Positions 29,835 to 40,380 of a stretch of 64,000 nucleotides of DNA are shown piece by piece. The stretch is taken from NCBI GenBank assembly GCA_016840065.1, contig JAEOTB010000037.1:32001-96000 (forward strand), read 5' to 3'. Origin of the DNA: Candidatus Hermodarchaeota archaeon. GTDB lineage: Archaea > Asgardarchaeota > Hermodarchaeia > Hermodarchaeales > Hermodarchaeaceae. The position numbers were made by a program, and so were the translations under genes. Position 1 is the first letter of the stretch, and each line of letters begins with the position of its first letter. The notes below the pieces were generated by a model. The model saw only the letters and a list, made by a program, of their open reading frames with translations. It was not told where the DNA came from and searched no databases.

Positions 29835-31223
29835 TTACCTGCCAAGTTTGTATTTCACACCGTATTTTTCAACAAGTATTTCGCGCCCTGTTGTGACTGC
29901 CCCTAACCGAATAGCGTCTGGTAGAACCTTCTGGACGGCATTTGTTTGGATCTTTGAAACAGCGATTACAAAACCGATTCCCATATTGAATGTCTTGAAC
30001 ATTTCTTGATTAGTTATATTCCCTCTTTCTTGAAGGTAGGTAAAGATTGGAGGAATATCGGGCCAGTTATCCAACTTGTAACCCACCTTCGAGTTGAGCT
30101 GCTTCAGCTTGCGGATGCCTCCTCCAGTGATATGAGCTAGACCCTTTACAGGTACTTCCTCCAATAGCTGCATTATCTCCTTCACATATATTCGTGTGGG
30201 TGTGAGAAGCGCTTCGGAAACAGGAGTATTGTCGGAAAGTGTATCATCGAGTTTGGCCACTTTTCGTGCAAGAGTAAGTCCATTGGAGTGAATACCGCTA
30301 GAAGGGAGTCCGAGCAGAACGTCGCCAGCTGCGAGATCTTGTCCTGTTATCACTTTGTCCTTGTGTACAACACCAAGAGCTGTTCCAGCTAAATCGAACC
30401 CCTTTATTAGGTCAGGAAGCGTTGCGGTTTCTCCGCCGAGTATTGGAATGTTTGCTTGGCGAGCGCCTTCAAGTAAACCCTGAGCAATACCCTCTACGGC
30501 TTCAAGAGTTAATCTCTCATAGGCTAGGTAATCTACAAATCCAATTGGTTTCGCGCCAAGGCAGATAATATCGTTCACATTCATAGCAATACAATCAATA
30601 CCGACGGTATCGTATTTTCCAATCCTTTGCGCTAGGAGAACCTTGGATCCAACACCATCAGTTGCGAGTGCTAGTGCATAGTCTCCGAACTCAACTAGAT
30701 TTGCAAAATGTCCGAATTCAGCTAGAACTTTGCCGAAGGAAAAAGACTGCTTTGTGTATTTTCCTAGAATTTCGATAATTTTTCCTTCATGAACAAGGTC
30801 AACACCAGCCTTTGCATATGTGTCCACTGATTGCATCGGGGACAATCCTAGAATCCTAAGAGCTAGGTGGGCAGCATTGGCGCCGTTATCGATTCCAACT
30901 GTAGCAACAGGTACGCCGCGCGGCATTTGTGAAATAGAAAGCAAGGCGTCTAGCCCACCAAGCTTTGCAGAAACTGGAACACCAATTACTGGCTTTATGG
31001 TCAAGGAGGCGACAAAACCAGGAAGAGCGGCGCTTAGCCCAGCAACACAAATGAACACTTTCGCATCAGACTGGGCTACAATTTCCGTGACCTTCTGAGG
31101 CTCACGGTGAGCGGAGGCCACATGAAATACGTAATCAACTCCGTGCTCTTTGAGAACAGCTAGAACCTTGTCAACGATTTCTTGGTCGCTTTTACTTCCT
31201 GCCAGTATACATATTTCAGCCAT
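29835..31223 (-). CDS. purE-purM: PurE-PurM fusion (AIR carboxylase/N5-CAIR mutase plus AIR synthetase)
   Basis: N-terminal [33 protein letters not shown]; C-terminal [39 protein letters not shown]. Confidence 0.93.
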   Translation of the reverse strand: MAEICILAGSKSDQEIVDKVLAVLKEHGVDYVFHVASAHREPQKVTEIVAQSDAKVFICVAGLSAALPGFVASLTIKPVIGVPVSAKLGGLDALLSISQMPRGVPVATVGIDNGANAAHLALRILGLSPMQSVDTYAKAGVDLVHEGKIIEILGKYTKQSFSFGKVLAEFGHFANLVEFGDYALALATDGVGSKVLLAQRIGKYDTVGIDCIAMNVNDIICLGAKPIGFVDYLAYERLTLEAVEGIAQGLLEGARQANIPILGGETATLPDLIKGFDLAGTALGVVHKDKVITGQDLAAGDVLLGLPSSGIHSNGLTLARKVAKLDDTLSDNTPVSEALLTPTRIYVKEIMQLLEEVPVKGLAHITGGGIRKLKQLNSKVGYKLDNWPDIPPIFTYLQERGNITNQEMFKTFNMGIGFVIAVSKIQTNAVQKVLPDAIRLGAVTTGREILVEKYGVKYKLGR

Positions 31224-31227
31224 TAAT

Positions 31228-31830
31228 TCATCTCCTGCAATTGATAATCCGCTTCTCGGTAATAATCATATCAACGGGTACATCGTGTTTTTCAGGGAAA
31301 GTATCATCAACGATTTGTAGCTCATAGGCGAGGGCTATGAATAAAGCAGAACTACCATGATGATATCTTAAAGTGGTGAGGAATCTATCATAAAACCCTG
31401 CTCCATATCCTGTTCGGAAGCCCTTTTCATCAAAGACCACGCCAGGAACTATTACTAAATCGGCTTCTGATGCGAGCTGTTCAAGAGGGAAAATCCGCCG
31501 ACTATCACGACGTGGTCGTAATATGCCATAAGCTCCAAGCTCCAATTCATCAACCGAGTAAATCTCTGAGTAAACAAGCTTTCTTCTCCTTCTTACTGAA
31601 ATGGGTACGAATACGCGTTTTAACCCTATCACACTTTCAATCATCGGAAGGGTGGAAACCTCACTTCCTTTAGCGACATAGAAGAGAATTACTTCACCTT
31701 GATTAAACTCTTGGAGCGAAAAGAGATTGTTACCAACCTGTTCGCTTCTTATCTCCACTTCCTCAAATCGAAGCTTATTCCTCTTTTGGAGAACTTCTTG
31801 TCGGATTCCGCTTTTACTTTTCAATATCAA
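31228..31830 (-). CDS. 5-formyltetrahydrofolate cyclo-ligase
   Basis: [38 protein letters not shown]. Confidence 0.92.
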   Translation of the reverse strand: MILKSKSGIRQEVLQKRNKLRFEEVEIRSEQVGNNLFSLQEFNQGEVILFYVAKGSEVSTLPMIESVIGLKRVFVPISVRRRRKLVYSEIYSVDELELGAYGILRPRRDSRRIFPLEQLASEADLVIVPGVVFDEKGFRTGYGAGFYDRFLTTLRYHHGSSALFIALAYELQIVDDTFPEKHDVPVDMIITEKRIINCRR

Positions 31831-32666
31831 CCACGCTGAAGCTTCATTGCTGTTAGTACGTTCTGTAAAACCGTCGCAACGGTTACTGGACCTACACCTC
31901 TTGGGACTGGAGTCAGATGAGAAGCTCGTCCTTCAACAGAACCTGAATCGACATCCCCCACTACCTTCCCATCTAGTCGGCTTAGACCAACATCGATGAT
32001 TGTAGCTCCGTCTTTAATCATATCACCTGTTATAGTGAACTTGGGGCGGCGCCCGACCGCACTGACGAGGATATCAGCCTGCCGTGTTATTTCACTGAGG
32101 TTTTGGGTTTTTGAGTGGCAGATAGTTACTGTGGCATCTTTGTTTAGTAGGAGTTGCGTTAATGGCCTACCTACTAACCGAGTCCGGTTAATGATGACCG
32201 CATGTTTCCCAGCAATTGGAATTTCGTAGAAATCAAGGATTCTGACAACCGCTAAAGGAGTACAAGGGACGAGGAATCCTCCTGATAGTAATCGTCCTTG
32301 GTTTAGGGGATGTAATCCATCAATGTCCTTGAGCGGACTTACTGACTCGATAACAGTGAATGTACTAATTGTAGAAGGTAATGGTAATTGAACAATTATC
32401 CCTGTGATTTCAGGATTCTGGTTCAATTCCCTTATCTTGGCTACAAGAGTGTCTTGGTGTGTATTCACTGGGAATCTGTATTCTTTTGCGTTGATTCCTA
32501 CCTTACGACATGCCCGGTGCTTCATTTTCACATATATTTGGGATGCTTCATCTTCCCCTACCAGTATTATTGCTAGAGTGGGTGGCTTTTCAAGCAGCAT
32601 AACTTGCTGCTTTACCTCCTTACGAATTGCCCTTGCTACCTCTCGCCCTGATAAAATACTAGTCAA
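31827..32666 (-). CDS. folD: Methylene-THF dehydrogenase/cyclohydrolase
   Basis: ASQIYVKMK, GIIVQLPLP, KDIDGLHP, PCTP, TPVPRGVGPVT. Confidence 0.96.
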   Translation of the reverse strand: MTSILSGREVARAIRKEVKQQVMLLEKPPTLAIILVGEDEASQIYVKMKHRACRKVGINAKEYRFPVNTHQDTLVAKIRELNQNPEITGIIVQLPLPSTISTFTVIESVSPLKDIDGLHPLNQGRLLSGGFLVPCTPLAVVRILDFYEIPIAGKHAVIINRTRLVGRPLTQLLLNKDATVTICHSKTQNLSEITRQADILVSAVGRRPKFTITGDMIKDGATIIDVGLSRLDGKVVGDVDSGSVEGRASHLTPVPRGVGPVTVATVLQNVLTAMKLQRG

Positions 32667-33393
32667 CTCTAAGAACCTCTGCTAGTGGTTTTCCTGCATC
32701 AGCCCAAATCTTTTCCTGGTGGCGTATGTAAGCGGCTTGACGTTGGTTCCAAGATTCCTCCCAATCACCTGAATATTCGACAAACACTACTTTTCCTACA
32801 ACACTTAATCGTTTTTCTGAAAAAAGTTGGATGGCTTTGGGAAACGTTCTGTGTTCATGGACAAGGACTCTAGCTGCTAATGACGCTTCGGTATCGTTTT
32901 TTCTAACCGGAACTTTTGTTTGTAGAATTATAGGTCCTGCGTCAACCTCTTTATTCACGAAGTGTACAGTGCATCCAGAAAACTCGTCACCAGCTTCAAT
33001 GACCTTCTGATGAACGTCCAAACCCGGATGTTTTGGGAGAAGCGAGGGATGTATGTTCATTATCCGATCAGGATATGTATCTATGAATTGCGGGCTCAAT
33101 AAACGCATATAACCAGCGAGGACTACTAGTTCAATACTCCTTTCTTGAAGAGCCGCCAAAATTCGTTGGTCATGAAGCTGACGACATTCTTCCTTCGAGG
33201 ACCCTTGTTTTCGAATATAGGGAATATACAGCGCTTCGATATCGTGTTTCCGAGTGATTTCAAGTGCTGGAGCCTTCCGCTTATTACTTATTAAAACGGT
33301 TAACTCGATTCCACGCAGTACATCTAGATCAACATGATCTATCATTGATTGGAAGTTTGACCCGCGTCCTGACGCCAAAACACCAACTTTCAT
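32659..33393 (-). CDS. purN: Phosphoribosylglycinamide formyltransferase
   Basis: LASGRGSNFQ, LAGYMRLL, NIHPSLLP, GCTVHFV..VDAGPII. Confidence 0.95.
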   Translation of the reverse strand: MKVGVLASGRGSNFQSMIDHVDLDVLRGIELTVLISNKRKAPALEITRKHDIEALYIPYIRKQGSSKEECRQLHDQRILAALQERSIELVVLAGYMRLLSPQFIDTYPDRIMNIHPSLLPKHPGLDVHQKVIEAGDEFSGCTVHFVNKEVDAGPIILQTKVPVRKNDTEASLAARVLVHEHRTFPKAIQLFSEKRLSVVGKVVFVEYSGDWEESWNQRQAAYIRHQEKIWADAGKPLAEVLRVD

Positions 33394-33563
33394 GGCGAAC
33401 AACCCTTCGATACACGTTTTTCCTCATTTCTTTCTTAAATTTTACTCAAATATAACATATTCATGTATAAATTTGTGAAAATATAAACATTTTTGACACA
33501 TACATGCCATTTTTTGGTTTGTAGCTCAGATAGATTTTTTATTAACATCGTCGATGTTCATCC

Positions 33564-36494
33564 ATGCCTCCACCTGCGATGTGGATAGTCGGTATAGGAC
33601 ACAAAGGCGTGACAATTGACCCCCACGTCCAAGAAGTCTCCAAAGTAATTGATGACCTAGGAATTCAGGGCGTGGATCAGATTGAATGCATAAAAGTATA
33701 TGCGATAATAGGAACACCTACCGAGAAAGAAATAAAGACAATCTGTAAAAAACTCCTTGTAGATCAGCTTATCCAATATCACAGGTACACATCACCTGAG
33801 GGGTCATTACTCGACCTCATCATAGATAAGGAGGAAAACGGAACTTGGTTAGCATTAATCCAATACCGCCCAGGCGTTACAGACCCCTCCGAAGAACGAA
33901 TCAAAGATGGGATTCGTGTACTTGGAATCGAGAGTGTGTATTCGGTTACAACCGCATCACTCTACCTTTTCAAAGGTCGCCTGACAAATCAAATACTCGA
34001 AACAATCTGTGAGAAAGTTCTAGCCAATGATGTTATTCAGGTCCATTCGACTTGTGAGCTAGGCCGTTGTAACAAAAGCAATCTTGGGATATACGGAGCC
34101 CCCACTGACGATGCTTCTGACAAACCTGAGGCGTCATCGCACGTTTTAGCTGAAGAAATATCAATCTGCGAGGCTGGCGACGCTGATTTGATGAGCATAA
34201 GTAAAGGGTGGAGGCTTTCCCTAAACCTTGAGGAAATGAAGACAATTCAGAAGCATTATTCTGCAGAGGGGAGAAACCCAACAGACGTTGAACTAAACAC
34301 CATCGCTCAAACCTGGTCAGAACACTGCTATCATAAAACCTTCAAAATCCCAGTCGAAACCGATGATGAAAAAATAAACGGGCTGCTCAAGACATACATA
34401 ATGCGTGCGACCAAGGAACTCAACAAGCCATGGTGCATCTCTACATTTATTGACAACGCAGGAATCGTGGAATTCGATGAAGAGTACGGAATAGCGGTTA
34501 AGGTCGAGACCCACAACCACCCCACAGCACTCGATCCCTTTGGAGGAGCAGGAACAGGGACAGGCGGTGTGCTACGCGATATTATGGGCGTAGGGGCCAA
34601 ACCCATTCTCTCTACCAATATTCTTTTCTTCGGGCTTCTTGATACTCCTCATAACAAGTTACCAAAAGGACTTTTGCACCCAATCCGGATGATGAAAGGA
34701 GCCGTAGCTGGGATTGCCGACTATGGGAATAAAATGGGTATTCCAACCGCAAATGGCGCCATATTTTTTGACGAAGGTTATCTATACAACCCTTTAGTAT
34801 TCGCAGGTTCTGTGGGTATCATGCCGAGAACCAAATATGTAAGAAACCCACAGCCAGGCGACATTATTCTAGTTGTTGGTGGCAAAACAGGAATGGACGG
34901 AATCCATGGTGTTACCTTTGCATCTGCAGAACTAAGTGAAGAAACACAAAGCCTTGGCAGCGCAGTCCAAATCGGAAACCCAGTCGAAGAGAAAAAAGTG
35001 CTAGAGGGATTACTTCGAGCAAGAGACAAATACGAAAAACCACTGTATAGTGCTGTAACGGATTGTGGAGGTGGAGGGCTCTCTTCAGCGATAGGTGAAA
35101 CTGCACGCGGTTCAGGTGCCGTAGTAAATTTAGAGAAGATACCCTTAAAACACCGAGGAATGAAGCCTTGGCAAATCTGGATTTCAGAATCTCAAGAACG
35201 GATGATGCTAGCTGTTCCCAAGGAGAATGTAGAAGAAATAATCAAGATTTTTGAGGAGGAGAACTGTGAAGCAACGCCGATTGGGCAATTCACCGACACC
35301 AAGAGACTTGTTCTCCATTATCAAGATGAAGTCGTAGGAAATATTGACCTCGAGTTCCTTCATCGCGGAGTACCTTTACTTCCCCGGCAAGCCCATTGGG
35401 AGAGAGAGAAGTTTCCTGAACCAGAATCAAAGGAGAAAACCTTAGGCAAGTACATCAAACTCATTCTCAGTTCACCCAATGTTGCTAGTAAAGAGTGGGT
35501 CATAAGGCAATATGATCACGAAGTTCAGGCTAACACAATAATTAACCCACTTCAGGGAGTCCATTGTGATGGACCTGGTGACGCTTGTGTTTTAAAACCC
35601 GTAGTTGATAGTTGGCGCGGGATTGTGGTTTCCAACGGCGCCAACCCAAGATATTCCATTGACCCTTACAATATGGCATTATCTGTAATAGACGAAGCAC
35701 TCAGAAACAATATTTGTTGTGGTGGTCGACGAATCGCAATTTTAGATAATTTTAGCTGGGGCAACCCTGAACGACCTGACCAGCTAGGAAAACTGTTCGA
35801 TGCGGTAAGAGGATGTTATGATGCATCATTGGGATTCGGTACTCCATTCATCTCGGGTAAAGACAGTCTCTACAACGAATATATTCAGGAGGACGGAAAA
35901 GCAGTCGCCATTCCTCCCACTCTAGTGATTACTGCCGTAGGAATTATTCCAGATATCAGGAATGCCGTGACCATGGATGTCAAGGAAGCAGGGAATCCAC
36001 TTTACATTGTGGGTGAAACTTTTGATGAATTAGGTGGATCCCATTACTACGCAGTTCGTGGGTTTGTAGGTAATAACGTCCCTACTGTGAGGTTCAAGAC
36101 TGCCAAGACGAACATGGACTCGTTGATTCTAGCGATAGATGCTGGGCTAGTTAAAGCATGTCATGATTGTTCTGAAGGTGGTATAGGTATAGTAGCAGCG
36201 GAGATGGCGTTTGCAGGCGATTTAGGGATTCACCTAGAGCTGGGATCTGTTCCTTCAAAAATGACCCAGAATGATAAGATTCTCTTTTCTGAATCCAACA
36301 GTAGATTCATTGTTGAGATTGCTGAAAGCCGCGCTACTGAATTTGAGGAACTGATGCATGGTGCAGTTTGCGTGAAAATCGGTAAAGTCATAGATGCACA
36401 AAAGCTGGTAATAGATGGAGTTGATGGTGAGGTTATTGTTGAGGAGCCGCTCAACGCATTGAAAGAGGACTGGCAATCGACCTTTAGGTGGTGA
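33564..36494 (+). CDS. purL: FGAM synthase large subunit with N-terminal PurS-like domains
   Basis: QTWSEHCYHK, KVETHNHPTALDPFGGAGTG, DCGGGG, SESQERM, QYDHEV, SGKDSLYN, HDCSEGG; two PurS-like segments (LLVDQLIQ, VLANDVIQ). Confidence 0.95.
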   Translation: MPPPAMWIVGIGHKGVTIDPHVQEVSKVIDDLGIQGVDQIECIKVYAIIGTPTEKEIKTICKKLLVDQLIQYHRYTSPEGSLLDLIIDKEENGTWLALIQYRPGVTDPSEERIKDGIRVLGIESVYSVTTASLYLFKGRLTNQILETICEKVLANDVIQVHSTCELGRCNKSNLGIYGAPTDDASDKPEASSHVLAEEISICEAGDADLMSISKGWRLSLNLEEMKTIQKHYSAEGRNPTDVELNTIAQTWSEHCYHKTFKIPVETDDEKINGLLKTYIMRATKELNKPWCISTFIDNAGIVEFDEEYGIAVKVETHNHPTALDPFGGAGTGTGGVLRDIMGVGAKPILSTNILFFGLLDTPHNKLPKGLLHPIRMMKGAVAGIADYGNKMGIPTANGAIFFDEGYLYNPLVFAGSVGIMPRTKYVRNPQPGDIILVVGGKTGMDGIHGVTFASAELSEETQSLGSAVQIGNPVEEKKVLEGLLRARDKYEKPLYSAVTDCGGGGLSSAIGETARGSGAVVNLEKIPLKHRGMKPWQIWISESQERMMLAVPKENVEEIIKIFEEENCEATPIGQFTDTKRLVLHYQDEVVGNIDLEFLHRGVPLLPRQAHWEREKFPEPESKEKTLGKYIKLILSSPNVASKEWVIRQYDHEVQANTIINPLQGVHCDGPGDACVLKPVVDSWRGIVVSNGANPRYSIDPYNMALSVIDEALRNNICCGGRRIAILDNFSWGNPERPDQLGKLFDAVRGCYDASLGFGTPFISGKDSLYNEYIQEDGKAVAIPPTLVITAVGIIPDIRNAVTMDVKEAGNPLYIVGETFDELGGSHYYAVRGFVGNNVPTVRFKTAKTNMDSLILAIDAGLVKACHDCSEGGIGIVAAEMAFAGDLGIHLELGSVPSKMTQNDKILFSESNSRFIVEIAESRATEFEELMHGAVCVKIGKVIDAQKLVIDGVDGEVIVEEPLNALKEDWQSTFRW

Positions 36495-36495
36495 A

Positions 36496-37287
36496 TTGGT
36501 GTTGACAGTAAAAACCATTGTTCTTCGAGTTGATGGAACCAACTGCGATGTTGAACTAGTGGAAGCGTTTCGTCAGGCTGGTGCACAAACAGAGCGAATT
36601 CATATCAACGAGTTAATTCGGGAGAAGTACTCTCTTGAGGAATATCACATTCTAGCTATTCCTGGAGGATTTTCTTATGGAGATTATGTGGCTGCAGGAA
36701 AGCTTCTTGCTAACGATTTGAAGTATCGTCTCCGCAAAGATGTGGAGCAGTTCATTGACCAATCTAAACCAATATTAGGAATTTGTAACGGCTTTCAAGC
36801 ACTAGTAAAGGCGGGGTTCTTACCTGCACTTGACGGACGACGTGAGCAGCAAGCAACCCTTGCGACCAATGATAAGGCCCTTTTCATTGATCGTTGGATT
36901 TACCTCAAACACGAAAACCAGGGAACATGTATTTTCACTAAATCCTTGGATAACCAGTTATACGTGCCAGTTAATCATGGTGAAGGAAAATTCGTGATGA
37001 AGGAATCTGATATTCAGCGCTTAGAAGAAAGCGACCAGATAGTGTTTAGGTATGTGAATCCTAAAGGTGAACTTGCAGGATATCCATGGAACCCAAATGG
37101 ATCAGTCTCAAATATCGCAGGTATTTGTGATGAACACGGTACTATCCTCGGTTTGATGCCACATCCAGAGAAGTATATCCACAGATATCAACATCCATTC
37201 TGGACCCGTCTGTCTGAATTAGAATTTAGTGGATGGCTTCCTCTCTTCAAGAACGCGGTTGATTATGCTAGGAGGCGTTTTCTTTGA
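36496..37287 (+). CDS. purQ: FGAM synthase glutaminase subunit
   Basis: GTNCD, PGGFSYGD, GICNGFQ, NHGEG, NPNGS, LMPHPE. Confidence 0.96.
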   Translation: MVLTVKTIVLRVDGTNCDVELVEAFRQAGAQTERIHINELIREKYSLEEYHILAIPGGFSYGDYVAAGKLLANDLKYRLRKDVEQFIDQSKPILGICNGFQALVKAGFLPALDGRREQQATLATNDKALFIDRWIYLKHENQGTCIFTKSLDNQLYVPVNHGEGKFVMKESDIQRLEESDQIVFRYVNPKGELAGYPWNPNGSVSNIAGICDEHGTILGLMPHPEKYIHRYQHPFWTRLSELEFSGWLPLFKNAVDYARRRFL

Positions 37288-38186
37288 AAATTTTAGGACA
37301 ATCTGCGAGCCTTGTTAGCAAGGGGAAGAATAAGGACATCTACTCTTTGGATAATGGGCGGTTAGGCTTTGTCTTCACAAGTCGTGTTTCCGCTTTTGAC
37401 GGGGTTGTCGGCACAACTACCCCAAAACGAGGGGAACTACTCTGTGAGTGCTCAGCAATGATATTCTCCCTATTTGAGAAGTTAGATATACCAACCCATC
37501 TGCTTCAATGGGGCTCCAATCAGATGATTGTGAAAAAACTTGTGCGCCTTCCTTTTGAGTTTATAGTGAGGAACGTTTTAATGGGTAGCGCATTCAAACG
37601 TTATTCTCGTGGGGAACTTGAATTACCTGAGGGAATGACTGGAATAGAATATGATGAGTTTCCCAAACCCTTCTTTGAGATAACGACCAAACTAGAAAAG
37701 CAAGACCGGCTCGTCAGTGGAGAGGAGATTCCAATTATTGCAAGGAAACACTTACCGGGTTATCAAAGAGAAGTAATAGAGACAGTGATGAATAAAACCA
37801 AGGAAACAACAGAGAGAATTGGGTTCTTGTTGAACCGCGTATTTGCTGCAGCAGGCTTTGTCTTCATAGATGGGAAACTAGAGTACGGGCTTGACGAGGA
37901 TGGAAAACTATATGTCATCGACTCGTTTGGCCCAGATGAATTTCGCGCCTGTACTCCTAGCTCACTGGCTAGAACCTTGTTGAATATTCAAGACTCACCA
38001 GATTTCTACGACAAAGAATTCCTTCGCCGACAGCTCAGAGAAGCTCCAAAAGATGGAAGAGAGGAAGTTGTAGAACAGATTGCAGTAGAGCTTGAACTAC
38101 GTTATGAGAGAATTACCTTAGCTCTTAGAGAAGTTATTAAGATGATTATCCAAACTCCCAAAGCACTCGAAAAACTCCAGCGGTGA
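37284..38186 (+). CDS. purC: SAICAR synthase
   Basis: GKNKDIY, RVSAFD, EFIVRN..GS, DGKLEYG, PDEFR, YDKEFLR. Confidence 0.92.
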   Translation: MKILGQSASLVSKGKNKDIYSLDNGRLGFVFTSRVSAFDGVVGTTTPKRGELLCECSAMIFSLFEKLDIPTHLLQWGSNQMIVKKLVRLPFEFIVRNVLMGSAFKRYSRGELELPEGMTGIEYDEFPKPFFEITTKLEKQDRLVSGEEIPIIARKHLPGYQREVIETVMNKTKETTERIGFLLNRVFAAAGFVFIDGKLEYGLDEDGKLYVIDSFGPDEFRACTPSSLARTLLNIQDSPDFYDKEFLRRQLREAPKDGREEVVEQIAVELELRYERITLALREVIKMIIQTPKALEKLQR

Positions 38187-38190
38187 TGTT

Positions 38191-39294
38191 ATGCCGATAA
38201 AGCGAGATGAAGTTCAAGAAATTGTGAGAAAATATCAGAAAGTTACAATTGGAGTATTGGGTTCGCATTCAGCAGAAGAAGTTGGGATGGCTGCTAAATC
38301 CGCTGGATTAGAGACGGTTGTAATTTGTCAAAAGGGGCGAGAAGCCCTTTACGCAGAATATAGTAAGCACCTGTTTGATCACATTATCGTTTTAGACCAG
38401 TTCAAAGATATCCTTGATGTTCAAGAAAAACTCCGTGAGCTAAACACTATCTTTCTCCCCAACCGATCTTTCTCAGTGTATATAGGCTATGACAACATCG
38501 AAGACAAGTTCCTAGTCCCTATGTATGGAAATCGATTCATGCTACGTATCGAAGAACGAACCGTACAAAAGAACCAATACTGGCTACTGGAAAAGGCTGG
38601 TATTAGAACACCTCAAGAATTCACAAGCCCTGATGAAATCGACCGCCTTGTTGTTGTAAAACTCCAGCGTAAGGAGGAAAGTGTTGAAAGGGCTTTCTTC
38701 TACCCTAGTTCGCCCGAGGAATATCACACTCAAGCAAAGGAACTTGTTGACAGTGGCTTTATCCGTGAAGAGGATCTCACTACAGCGAGAATTGAGGAAT
38801 TCATAGTTGGTCCTAGGTTTCACGCTAACTTCATTGCCTACACTGTGCTACCAGGTTTCGATTTTGTCGGCTTTGAAGATAGAGTTCAATCAAACATCAG
38901 TGGCATTCTGGCCCTTCCTGCTAAGGAGCAATTGAAAATTGATGTGCCAGTAATAATTGAACCCATTGGACATTTCGGTCTGACAATGAGAGAATCAAAG
39001 AAGCCATTAATCTATGAAGCAGGTAGGCGGTTCATCGAAGCATCAAGAAAATACTTCTCTCCCGGGATAATTGGACCCTTCTCTTTACAAGGCGCCGTAC
39101 CTCAACCACCAGATTTTGTGGTTTTCGATGTGAGTCCACGAATACCAGGTTCTCCTTGCGTAGGACCCTCTTCGCCAGAGATGCACAGATTATCTCTTAA
39201 ATATAATATGGAGATACACTCACCGCTTGAACTCTGCATGATGGAAATCAATCAAGCACTGAAACTATCAAGGCTTACCGAGGTGGTCACGTGA
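38191..39294 (+). CDS. PurP-like ATP-grasp protein (divergent paralog)
   Basis: GVLGSHSA, PNRSFSVY, ERAFF, RESKKP, GPFSLQ, DVSPRIPG. Confidence 0.85.
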   Translation: MPIKRDEVQEIVRKYQKVTIGVLGSHSAEEVGMAAKSAGLETVVICQKGREALYAEYSKHLFDHIIVLDQFKDILDVQEKLRELNTIFLPNRSFSVYIGYDNIEDKFLVPMYGNRFMLRIEERTVQKNQYWLLEKAGIRTPQEFTSPDEIDRLVVVKLQRKEESVERAFFYPSSPEEYHTQAKELVDSGFIREEDLTTARIEEFIVGPRFHANFIAYTVLPGFDFVGFEDRVQSNISGILALPAKEQLKIDVPVIIEPIGHFGLTMRESKKPLIYEAGRRFIEASRKYFSPGIIGPFSLQGAVPQPPDFVVFDVSPRIPGSPCVGPSSPEMHRLSLKYNMEIHSPLELCMMEINQALKLSRLTEVVT

Positions 39295-40370
39295 GTGAAG
39301 ACCTGATTCAGAGCTATTCTACCAAGGATTTATCGATAGCTACAATATGCAGTCATACGGCTCTCCAAATTTTCCACGGAGCACGTCAAGAGGGGTTCAA
39401 GACCATTGGTATTTGTAGACCAGAACGAAAAGAACTCTATGAAGCATTCCCTTATGGCTCACCAGATGAATTCTTGCTAGTAGATGATTTCTCCGAAATT
39501 TTGCAGTCAGAAATCCAGGACCGATTAATTGATGCTGGCGCGATAATGGTTCCTCACGGGTCTTTTGTCGAATATGTAGGACCTTCAAGAATCCTAGAGG
39601 ACCTCCGTGTACCTACCTTTGGGAATAAAATGAGTTTGAATTGGGAGGGCAACCGTCATCAAGAGCTGAAGTGGCTTTCTGATGCCAAGCTACGCTTACC
39701 GAACAAATTTGAGCCCCACGAAATCGATAGACTTTGCATCGTTAAATTTCACGGCGCAAAAGGAGGGCGTGGATTCCTTCTAGTTTCTTCTGAGGAGGAA
39801 TACCACCAACTTCTAGAGAAATCATTGAAGGAGGGGAAAATCAGCAGATTAGATGCAGACACAGCAGTGATACAAGAGTATGCGATTGGGGTTCGGTGCT
39901 ATGTGCATTATTTCTATTCATCAATATTAAATCGATTAGAGCTATTGAGTATGGACCAAAGGCTTGAGTCGAATATAGATGAATTACATCGGATGGGCTC
40001 AACAAGGCAGGAATTAGCGAAGTTGGGTGTTGACCCGTCCTATGTTGTTATGGGCAATATACCTATGGTGCTTCGTGAAAGCTTGTTGCCAGAAGTGTTG
40101 GCTCTAGGAGAAAGAACAATAGAAAGTTCTCAGAAGCTCTTCTCTCCCGGTTTGACTGGCCCCTTCTGTTTAGAGATGATTTGCACTCCAGAGTTGGAGT
40201 TCATAGTCTTTGAAATCTCAGCTCGAATAGTAGCTGGAACTAATCTATTTCCCTTAGGTTCTCCATACTCCTGCTACTTGTGGGGAGAAGCTATGTCTAC
40301 AGGAAGACGAATTGCCTGGGAGATGAAAGAAGCTCAGCGTACAGAGAGATTAGGAGAAATCATTAGTTGA
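39291..40370 (+). CDS. purP: Formate-dependent AICAR formylase (FAICAR synthetase)
   Basis: ATICSHTALQI, PHGSFVEY, GAKGGRG, RLESNID, LRESLLP, FEISARIVAGTN. Confidence 0.92.
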   Translation: MSEDLIQSYSTKDLSIATICSHTALQIFHGARQEGFKTIGICRPERKELYEAFPYGSPDEFLLVDDFSEILQSEIQDRLIDAGAIMVPHGSFVEYVGPSRILEDLRVPTFGNKMSLNWEGNRHQELKWLSDAKLRLPNKFEPHEIDRLCIVKFHGAKGGRGFLLVSSEEEYHQLLEKSLKEGKISRLDADTAVIQEYAIGVRCYVHYFYSSILNRLELLSMDQRLESNIDELHRMGSTRQELAKLGVDPSYVVMGNIPMVLRESLLPEVLALGERTIESSQKLFSPGLTGPFCLEMICTPELEFIVFEISARIVAGTNLFPLGSPYSCYLWGEAMSTGRRIAWEMKEAQRTERLGEIIS

Positions 40371-40380
40371 GGTTCCTGTA

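Noticed and set aside
34100-34145. Hairpin in the purL linker as a possible in-frame intron
   Set aside because: The candidate central helix pairs at only 2 of 4 positions, and the frame is intact
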